DNA of 64,000 nt from NCBI GenBank assembly GCA_947625885.1, contig CANQQA010000004.1:1838-65837 (forward strand), read 5' to 3'. A program made the position numbers and the translations under genes. A model generated the notes under the pieces. It saw only the letters and a list, made by a program, of their open reading frames with translations, was not told where the DNA came from and ran no database searches. Numbering within the stretch: the first letter of the stretch is position 1; every line of letters starts with the position of its first letter. Origin of the DNA: an uncultured Bacteroidales bacterium (GTDB lineage: Bacteria > Bacteroidota > Bacteroidia > Bacteroidales > UBA11471). Below, in pieces: positions 20,453 to 27,478 of the stretch.

Positions 20453-21646
20453 TTATTCTACAATAACTTCCGTCGGAGCGGAATTGCCCACCCCGATTGC
20501 CTCTTTCACACTGTCGGAAAGGGGTATTTCCACTTTCACGGTAGGAATGGGAAACGCTTCGCTTTCTTCGACAACGGCTTCTATTTCAGCAGCCGGCGTT
20601 TCATCTTTGTCCGATTTCAGCAATTCGGGCAGGAACGTGGAGACAATCAGCACGACAATGCCGACTATCAGTACGACAATCGTTTTGCGGGAGCAACCTT
20701 TCCACTCTTTCAATATGATACCCCACACGTTGGAGAACACGACATTGAGCGCCATCAGTATACAGAAAGCGAATGTCATCAACGCCGGCGAACCGGTGAG
20801 GAATCCTTTGCCCAAACTCAGTCCGAAGAACTGGCTGTACCACAACAGACCCGCCAATGCACAGAACAGCAGGTTATTGAGGTAGAGCGATGTTTTGCCG
20901 TAATCGCCCCACGTCTTGTTTTTCTGATTCTGATAGAAGCAATAAACGGCATTGGTTACGAAGCCGCCCAGCGTTACGAGCATCGTGGCGGGAAGGGTCT
21001 TGTACATATCGCCCGTTTCGGCGAAGTGCAGACCGCTGCCAAATTCCAGACCTACATTGAAGCAGGCGCTCATGAAACCGGCAAGCAACGCAATGGCGAT
21101 GCCTTTCGGGAAGTTGAAGTCCTTGACGGCTTTTTTCTTCTCCTCGTCCGAGAGCATGGAGGCTTTCATGTTTCCTGCCACGCCGATGATAGAGATACCC
21201 ACCAGCGTTACGATGACGCCGATGATTACCGCCCACGTAAGTTTTTCGAGGTGTCCGGCTTCGGGATAGAAGATGTGCAGCATCACCGGTCCGAGTATCG
21301 TACCCAAACCGGCGCAGGTGCCCAACGAAATGGATTGTCCCAAAGCGACGCCCAGATAGCGCATCGAAAGTCCGAATGTAAGACCGCCGACACCCCAGAG
21401 AGCGCCGAACAGAATCGTCATTCCTATATCGACCGAATTGTCGGACGTGAAGAGTTCACACAACGAATGTCCTGCGGGAACAGCCAGCAGCGCACCCAAG
21501 AAAGGAAATATCAACCACGCAAAGACGCCCTGTACAATCCAGTAGGATTCCCAGCTCCACTCTTTGATGCGATTGATAGGCACATAACAGCTCGATTGGC
21601 AGAATGCCCCGATTGCGATAATCAGCAGACCGATTACTATATCCAT
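20453..21646 (-). CDS. rhaT: L-rhamnose/proton symporter with a C-terminal acidic extension
   Basis: Ten-TM DMT-like protein beginning MDIVIGLLIIAIGAFCQSSCYVPINRIKEWSWESYW, typical of RhaT. It lies between rhaA and rhaD. The last ~55 aa are hydrophilic and not part of the canonical transporter. Confidence 0.82.
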   Translation of the reverse strand: MDIVIGLLIIAIGAFCQSSCYVPINRIKEWSWESYWIVQGVFAWLIFPFLGALLAVPAGHSLCELFTSDNSVDIGMTILFGALWGVGGLTFGLSMRYLGVALGQSISLGTCAGLGTILGPVMLHIFYPEAGHLEKLTWAVIIGVIVTLVGISIIGVAGNMKASMLSDEEKKKAVKDFNFPKGIAIALLAGFMSACFNVGLEFGSGLHFAETGDMYKTLPATMLVTLGGFVTNAVYCFYQNQKNKTWGDYGKTSLYLNNLLFCALAGLLWYSQFFGLSLGKGFLTGSPALMTFAFCILMALNVVFSNVWGIILKEWKGCSRKTIVVLIVGIVVLIVSTFLPELLKSDKDETPAAEIEAVVEESEAFPIPTVKVEIPLSDSVKEAIGVGNSAPTEVIVE

Positions 21647-21660
21647 AATTATATACGACT

Positions 21661-21699
21661 AAAAGGTTTGTGTCGGGACAAGCCCGACATAAACCTTTT
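21661..21699 (-). other. Intra-operon stem-loop between rhaA and rhaT
   Basis: AAAAGGTTTGTGTCGGG acaag CCCGACATAAACCTTTT forms a 17-position stem with one mismatch. In the minus-sense RNA it ends in UUUU, 14 nt before the rhaT ATG. Confidence 0.55.
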
Positions 21700-21715
21700 G
21701 ATGAGCATTAAAAAA

Positions 21716-22966
21716 TTATCTCTTGGAAGTAACTTCTCTTTCGTATTTCTCTACTTCGGGAATGAACTCCTCGCCTACGGGCACGTTGTTTTTGAGGCAG
21801 AACATATCCCAAACAGCGTTCCACGGCATGGCTTTGGCTTCTTCGAGCAGAGCAAGACGCTGGAAGCCTTTGTCTTCGGCTTCGTATTTGCGCAGGGTAG
21901 CCAACGGCTCCAAGAGAGCGCGGAGAATTGATTTCTGTGCGGCACGCGTACCGATGACGTAAGCGCCGATGCGGTTGATAGAGGCATCGAAATAGTCGAG
22001 AGCGATGTGTACGCGGTTCATGGCGTCGCAGCGCACGAGTTCTTGGAAAAGCTCGACGGTGGAATCGTCCATGATGGTTACGTGGTCGGAGTCCCAACGG
22101 ATAGGACGGCTTACGTGGAGTATCAGTTCCGGAACGAAGAGCAGCATCGACGATACTTTGTCGGCAGCCACTTCGGTGGGGTGATAGTGTCCGGTGTCGA
22201 TAGTGAGAAGCGTCTGGTTCTTGGTAGCATAACCTACGCAAAATTCGTTGGAGCCTACGGTGTAATATTCGAGACCGATACCGAATACTTTCGATTCCAA
22301 ACCGGTCTTCATGTTCTTGTATTTCACGGAGAATATTTCGTCCAGACTTTGTTCGAACAATTGACGGTAGAGCATACGGTTTACGGTGATGTCTTTGCTT
22401 CCGTCGTGTACCCACAGGTTCATGATGCAGGGGTCGCCCTGACGTTTACCCATTTCTTCGGCAATGGCGCGGCAGCGTTTGGTGTGTTCGATCCAGAAAT
22501 CGCGAATGCCTTTGTCGGGATTGGAAAGCGTGAGGTTACCCGATTTCGGGTGCGAGAAAGACGACGAATTGAAGTCGAGTTTCACGCCGAGTTCGGCAGC
22601 CCATTGCATCCAGCTCTCGAAGTGAGCGGGTTCACATTGGTCGCGATCGACGAATTTTCCGCCGAAGTCACCATAAATTTCATGCAGATTCACACGATGT
22701 TTCGAGGGAATCAACGACATGGCTTTTACCAAGTCGGCGCGTACCTCGTCGATGTTGCGGGCTTTGCCCGGATAATTGCCGGTGGTCTGTATACCGCCCG
22801 ACAGCGCGCTGCCCGACTCGAAGCCTACAACGTCGTCGGTCTGCCAGCAGTGCAGCGATATTTGCACGTTTTGAAGGGTTTTCAATACTTCGTCGGTATT
22901 CACACCGATGGCGGCATAGCGCTCTTTGGCTATTTCATACGCCTTTTGAATCAGATTTTCTTTCAT
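21716..22966 (-). CDS. rhaA: L-rhamnose isomerase
   Basis: Strong similarity in pattern to enterobacterial RhaA (AYEIAKERYAAIGVNTDEVL...ISLHCWQTDDVVGFE). The track start at 22996 would abut the rhaB stop. The internal ATG at 22966 (MKENLIQKAY) matches the canonical N-terminus. Confidence 0.92.
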   Translation of the reverse strand: MKENLIQKAYEIAKERYAAIGVNTDEVLKTLQNVQISLHCWQTDDVVGFESGSALSGGIQTTGNYPGKARNIDEVRADLVKAMSLIPSKHRVNLHEIYGDFGGKFVDRDQCEPAHFESWMQWAAELGVKLDFNSSSFSHPKSGNLTLSNPDKGIRDFWIEHTKRCRAIAEEMGKRQGDPCIMNLWVHDGSKDITVNRMLYRQLFEQSLDEIFSVKYKNMKTGLESKVFGIGLEYYTVGSNEFCVGYATKNQTLLTIDTGHYHPTEVAADKVSSMLLFVPELILHVSRPIRWDSDHVTIMDDSTVELFQELVRCDAMNRVHIALDYFDASINRIGAYVIGTRAAQKSILRALLEPLATLRKYEAEDKGFQRLALLEEAKAMPWNAVWDMFCLKNNVPVGEEFIPEVEKYEREVTSKR

Positions 22967-22996
22967 GTTTTTATGTATTAGTTTGTTTTTATGCAA

Positions 22997-24478
22997 TTAA
23001 ATATTTTCACGATACACTTCGAGGTAGCGTTTGTAAGCCTCGTCCCACACGGCTTTGTCGCGCGGCGTAAACGCTGCCGACTCTATCGATTCGGCGATAA
23101 TCGCCCGCATGGCGGCAATGTCTGCCACATCGTCGGCAGCTTTTGCCTGTAACATGATGTTTCCGATAGCGGTGCATTCGGAAGGTCCTGCCACTACGGG
23201 AACGCCTACGGCATTGCTGGTATTTTGGTTGAGGAGGTTGTTGCGCGAGCCGCCGCCGATGACGTGCAGCTTTTCGATGGGGAACGGCGCCATACTCTGC
23301 AAATAGCCGAACACCTGACGATAGCGCAGTGGCAGACTTTCGAAAATGCAGCGGGTGATTTCGCCGTAAGATTGCGGTTCTGCCTGTCCCGTCTGCCGGC
23401 AATAGCTGCGAATGGCGTCTATCATCGACGACGGATTGGCAAAGCAGGGCGAATCGGGATTGATGATGCTGCGGAAAGCAGGAGCTTTTTCGGCAGCGGC
23501 TATCAGGTCGGGATAGGAATAATCGTTGCCGGCTGCAGCCCATTCGCGGCGGCACTGTTCGAGCAGCCACATGCCGCAAATGTTTTTGAGGAATCGCGTC
23601 GTACCCTCGATGCCGCCTTCGTTGGTAAAGTTCTTATCGAAACTTTCTTTCGTGATAATGGCGTCTTTCACTTCGATACCCATCAGCGACCACGTGCCCG
23701 AACTGAGGTAGGCGAAGCGTTCGTTTCGTGCGGGAACGGCAGCCACTGCCGATGCCGTATCGTGTCCGGCAACAGCGATGACAGGCACAGCGCCAAGACC
23801 TGTCAGTTTCTGCACTTCGGGAGTGAGTGTGCCTATTTTTTCGCCCGGATATACGAACGGGGCGAATTGTTCTTTTTTCATGCCCGCCACATCGAGCAAT
23901 TCCTGTTCGAACTGTTTGGTGCGGGGATTGAGTATCTGCGAGGTCGAAGCAATGGTATATTCCGTTACCATTTTTCCGGTAAGCATATAGCTGAGGGCGT
24001 CGGGCACGAAAAGCACTTTGTCGGCGGCTTCGAGTGCGGAGCAGTGGTTGCGGTGCAGCGTCGAAAGCTGGAAGAGCGAATTGATGTTCATAAACTGTAT
24101 GCCGGTCAATTCGTACACCCGTTCTTTGGGAATATGGGTGAAAAATTCTTCCACGGCGCCTACGGTATGGGGGTCGCGATAGCAATAGGGATTGCGCAGA
24201 AATGCCCCGTCTTTGCCCACCATGACAAAATCGACACCCCATGTGTCGATACCTATCGACTCGATAGCTATGCCTTCATGAGCGATATTTCTCAATCCTT
24301 TGATGATTTCGAGATAGAGGGCGTAAATGTCCCAATAGAAGTGTCCTCCGGTTTCGATGATAGGATTGGCAAAACGCGTAATCTCTTTCATCTCCATTTT
24401 CCCGTCGGAAAGAGTGCCCAAGATAGTGCGACCGCTGGTCGCGCCCAAATCCACGGCAAAAAAGCGGTGTGTTTTCAT
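22997..24478 (-). CDS. rhaB: Rhamnulokinase
   Basis: FGGY-family kinase N-terminus (FFAVDLGATSGR), a GHDTASAV block, and rha cluster context. Confidence 0.9.
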   Translation of the reverse strand: MKTHRFFAVDLGATSGRTILGTLSDGKMEMKEITRFANPIIETGGHFYWDIYALYLEIIKGLRNIAHEGIAIESIGIDTWGVDFVMVGKDGAFLRNPYCYRDPHTVGAVEEFFTHIPKERVYELTGIQFMNINSLFQLSTLHRNHCSALEAADKVLFVPDALSYMLTGKMVTEYTIASTSQILNPRTKQFEQELLDVAGMKKEQFAPFVYPGEKIGTLTPEVQKLTGLGAVPVIAVAGHDTASAVAAVPARNERFAYLSSGTWSLMGIEVKDAIITKESFDKNFTNEGGIEGTTRFLKNICGMWLLEQCRREWAAAGNDYSYPDLIAAAEKAPAFRSIINPDSPCFANPSSMIDAIRSYCRQTGQAEPQSYGEITRCIFESLPLRYRQVFGYLQSMAPFPIEKLHVIGGGSRNNLLNQNTSNAVGVPVVAGPSECTAIGNIMLQAKAADDVADIAAMRAIIAESIESAAFTPRDKAVWDEAYKRYLEVYRENI

Positions 24479-24556
24479 GTGTACTTTTTTCGGTTTTTAA
24501 TTTACGACGCGACCGCAGCCGCATCGGTTGAATAATAAAAAAGGCTCTTTTTCAAC

Positions 24557-24578
24557 CAAAATATCCGCCGATATTTTG
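24557..24578 (-). promoter_or_regulatory. Perfect inverted repeat CAAAATATC-N4-GATATTTTG in the rhaB leader (candidate operator or leader hairpin)
   Basis: 9-bp arms at 24557-24565 and 24570-24578. It lies between the candidate -7 box (24596-24603) and the rhaB ATG (24478). Confidence 0.4.
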
Positions 24579-24595
24579 CAAGCCGTTCCGATTGA

Positions 24596-24603
24596 CAAAG
24601 ATA
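24596..24603 (-). promoter_or_regulatory. Bacteroidetes -7 promoter box TATCTTTG upstream of rhaB
   Basis: The plus strand reads CAAAGATA, 118 nt upstream of the rhaB ATG and just downstream of the GH106-like gene terminator. Confidence 0.45.
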
Positions 24604-24620
24604 AAGAAAATATCCAATTA

Positions 24621-24665
24621 AAAAAATAACGAACGTTTTTTTATTTACACGTTCGTTATTTTTTC
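24621..24665 (-). terminator. Rho-independent terminator after the GH106-like gene
   Basis: 10-bp stem ATAACGAACG / CGTTCGTTAT (24626-24635 and 24650-24659), flanked by an A-run and a T-run. Lies 14 nt past the stop at 24679. Confidence 0.7.
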
Positions 24666-24678
24666 TGCAAAAGAGGCA

Positions 24679-27468
24679 TTAAAAATCCGTTTTCCGGTCG
24701 AGCGGCACAAGACGCACCGTGCCGAGCAAGCCCGAAGGTATGAGCTGCCACCGGTCGTAAAGTCCCGTCTTATAGCCCAGATTATTGATATTGGCATCTT
24801 TGAAGCGCCGCCACTCGATGCCGCGACGGTCGTAGTCGGCTATGCGGTTGGCGGGAAGGTTGGTAACTTCCACCTCTATCGTATTGGAACCTTGCCGCAG
24901 GTATTTTTTTACATACGTACAGAAAGGCACCGACCACAGCGTACCCACCGGCTCGCCGTTGATGACGACACGGGCGCTCTCCCGCACGTCGCCGAGGTCG
25001 AGCAGCCACTCGTCGGCAGCAATGGCTGGCAGGTCGAACGTAACGGAATAACGGGCTGTACCGCTATTGACGCGGGCTTCGGGCACGGGGAGCGACGTCC
25101 ACGAGCCCAACGTGTCGATGTCGAAAGTGCCCGATATGGCGGGCGTACTCTCGACAAAAGAGAGCGACCAACCGTTATCAATAGAAAGGCTCAGCGGCTG
25201 CCGTTCGTAATACGCCCACGCATCGCCGTCGGTCGGCTTATCGTAAATGCGCACGATTGCCGATTCGCCCGAGCGGAGTTGCAGGTAATACTGCAAACGA
25301 CCGTCGTACCGACGGGTTTTCGCCATGCCGGAGCGTCCCGACACGGGGTCGTAAATGGCAACCGATTCGCCATCGACGGCGGGTGTAATCCAGCCCTCTA
25401 CCCCTTTGTCTTGCAACGAAGCGATAAAATAGTGATGTCCCTCATCATTGCTGCGGCGGATAAAATAAGCGCCGTACTGCGTTTTTATATCTTCTTTTGG
25501 GACACCGGTCATTTCGAGTACGCGGGCATAATCGGCGCCGGTGATGATGCGACCTTTGCCGTAAGGCACGACCTGTTCGGAGGCAAAGTCCTGCGCATCG
25601 GGCAGGCGGTCGAGTACTTTTTTGAAATCTTTGCGCCGCTTTTCAAGGGAAGCAAACCCGGGCACGTCCTGCGGATAGTTATCGACGAATATCAGGGTAG
25701 CGCCCTGCTCCGCCAAGGAGAGGAGGTGTTTCAGTACGTTCTCGGGCATCAGCTTCACGGCCGGGAGTATCAATGCCTTATAGACAGCACCGCCAGAAGT
25801 CTGCAACAGACCGTCTTTCCGGCAAACGGTCGTGCGGACGAAATTGTCGGATATGTAATCGACGTCGTAACCGGAATCGGTAATCTGGCGGACAACTCCG
25901 ATGAAATGCGGGGCACGCTTCGCCATGCCGTGTATGTCGAACGCCAATCCCAGTTTCGAGCCTTGCTGCTCGTACCACATATCGTAAACGGGCAAATAGA
26001 CCAGAAAATCGTTGTCGGGCTTGCCCATCTGCAAAAACGACTGACAGCGGGCTATGTAAGTAAAGAACGCCGGAGCGTCGTGCCAAATAGTATTGGTGGG
26101 CGACATGTTGATGGTCGCATAGAAAAGCCAGCCGGGCCACTCGGCTTCGCGCGGGGAATAGGGCGTACCGTGGAAGAACATGTGATTCACACCGGCAGCG
26201 AACATCAAATCCATATCGGGTTTGCACTGGGAGAGCGAAGTGCGAAAATGTTCGGTGAGCCACGTGAACGTTTCCGACGAAGTGTAGGGCTTCCCGGCTA
26301 TGTGCGCTCCCGAAGAAGCGTATTTGAGCATGGAAAAATCGGAATCGTTGTCTTTTTTCACCGAATCGCGGCGCAGCCCCTTGATGTTGAAATCGGTAAT
26401 GCCGAATCCCTCGCACTCGGGTATATCGACGGAGGCGTAAAGGTCTATCAAATTACCGGGAGAGCCGTGCGCCTGATTCCGCGTCAAAGCGCCGTGCTTA
26501 TGCGCCCATGCCACCCATTGGTTGGTAAAGTTTTCTTTCAACAGCTCGGCAATCGTTTCCCGATAGTCGGAGATGAGGCGGGCACGGGTGTCGCACTGTT
26601 CGCCGGTAAATTCGAGCAAATGGTTTTCGAGCTTGTAACCGCGTCGGCGGGAGAACTGCTCGAAGAAGTCGGGCGTCCAATCGGCGCCATATACTTCGTA
26701 GGAATCGTTGAAAAAGGTTTTCGGCACCGGCGCGCCCGACGAGGCAAACGCCTTGTCGAAGCGTGAAAAGTACCGAGCCACCGCCTCTTTGGAAAAATGA
26801 TTCATCACATAGCCGGCACCGCCCGGAGCGGCACGTTTTACTTTCTGAAAAGTTTTTCCCACAAAAACGGCAACCAGCGTCCAGTCGTCGCCGGCAGGGG
26901 CAGTCCAGTTCACTTCTCCGGTTTTACGATCGTATCGGGAAGTGATATTCAAACATTTTCCGGAGGCAGCGTAAGCCATTAGCCGAGAAAGCACGGCTAC
27001 ATCGGCTTGCTTCTTATCATTGACAGTTATCGCTGCGGGCTTCTCCCCTCCCGCCACGGCATACTTCTGAAAAATCACTTTGCAGGCGGCATCTTCCACC
27101 GAAACTTCGGGACCGCCGAAGGGCCACCCCGTACCGCCGTTCATGTCGATGTCCAGCCCCACGCTGTCGCCTTTTTCAATGACGAACGAGAGCATCTGCA
27201 TCCAACGTGGCGAGAGGTAATCAATGTCATTGGCTTCATTGTTTTTCACGCCGTAAATAGGGGTTATTTCGAGCGTGCCCATACCGGCTCGCGCGTACTC
27301 TTCCATATTGTAGGCAAGATTTGCCGAATCGACGGCACTTCCCAGCCACCACCAACGGGCGCCCGGTCGGGCTGTCGTTTCTATTTCAGACCACGCGGGT
27401 GCTTGTGCGGACAAAGATAAGGCGGCAAAAAATGCCGCTGCTCCCAAAAACAGTTTTTTGCGTATCAT
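24679..27468 (-). CDS. GH106-like alpha-L-rhamnosidase
   Basis: 929 aa. Signal peptide. The N-terminal pattern RPGARWWWLGSAV...MGTLEITPIYG matches what I recall for GH106-type rhamnosidases of Bacteroides pectin loci. The context (rha genes, GH105, GH28, CE12) fits. Family assignment is from memory only. Confidence 0.65.
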   Translation of the reverse strand: MIRKKLFLGAAAFFAALSLSAQAPAWSEIETTARPGARWWWLGSAVDSANLAYNMEEYARAGMGTLEITPIYGVKNNEANDIDYLSPRWMQMLSFVIEKGDSVGLDIDMNGGTGWPFGGPEVSVEDAACKVIFQKYAVAGGEKPAAITVNDKKQADVAVLSRLMAYAASGKCLNITSRYDRKTGEVNWTAPAGDDWTLVAVFVGKTFQKVKRAAPGGAGYVMNHFSKEAVARYFSRFDKAFASSGAPVPKTFFNDSYEVYGADWTPDFFEQFSRRRGYKLENHLLEFTGEQCDTRARLISDYRETIAELLKENFTNQWVAWAHKHGALTRNQAHGSPGNLIDLYASVDIPECEGFGITDFNIKGLRRDSVKKDNDSDFSMLKYASSGAHIAGKPYTSSETFTWLTEHFRTSLSQCKPDMDLMFAAGVNHMFFHGTPYSPREAEWPGWLFYATINMSPTNTIWHDAPAFFTYIARCQSFLQMGKPDNDFLVYLPVYDMWYEQQGSKLGLAFDIHGMAKRAPHFIGVVRQITDSGYDVDYISDNFVRTTVCRKDGLLQTSGGAVYKALILPAVKLMPENVLKHLLSLAEQGATLIFVDNYPQDVPGFASLEKRRKDFKKVLDRLPDAQDFASEQVVPYGKGRIITGADYARVLEMTGVPKEDIKTQYGAYFIRRSNDEGHHYFIASLQDKGVEGWITPAVDGESVAIYDPVSGRSGMAKTRRYDGRLQYYLQLRSGESAIVRIYDKPTDGDAWAYYERQPLSLSIDNGWSLSFVESTPAISGTFDIDTLGSWTSLPVPEARVNSGTARYSVTFDLPAIAADEWLLDLGDVRESARVVINGEPVGTLWSVPFCTYVKKYLRQGSNTIEVEVTNLPANRIADYDRRGIEWRRFKDANINNLGYKTGLYDRWQLIPSGLLGTVRLVPLDRKTDF

Positions 27469-27478
27469 GATGTTTCCT

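Noticed and set aside
21708-22415. 235-aa alternative-frame ORF inside rhaA. Other Arg-rich alternative-frame ORFs include 23007-23579, 31769-32695, 35157-35723 and 61846-62376.
   Set aside because: They are extremely Arg/His/Pro/Ser-rich translations in a shifted frame of well-supported genes. These are characteristic off-frame artefacts.
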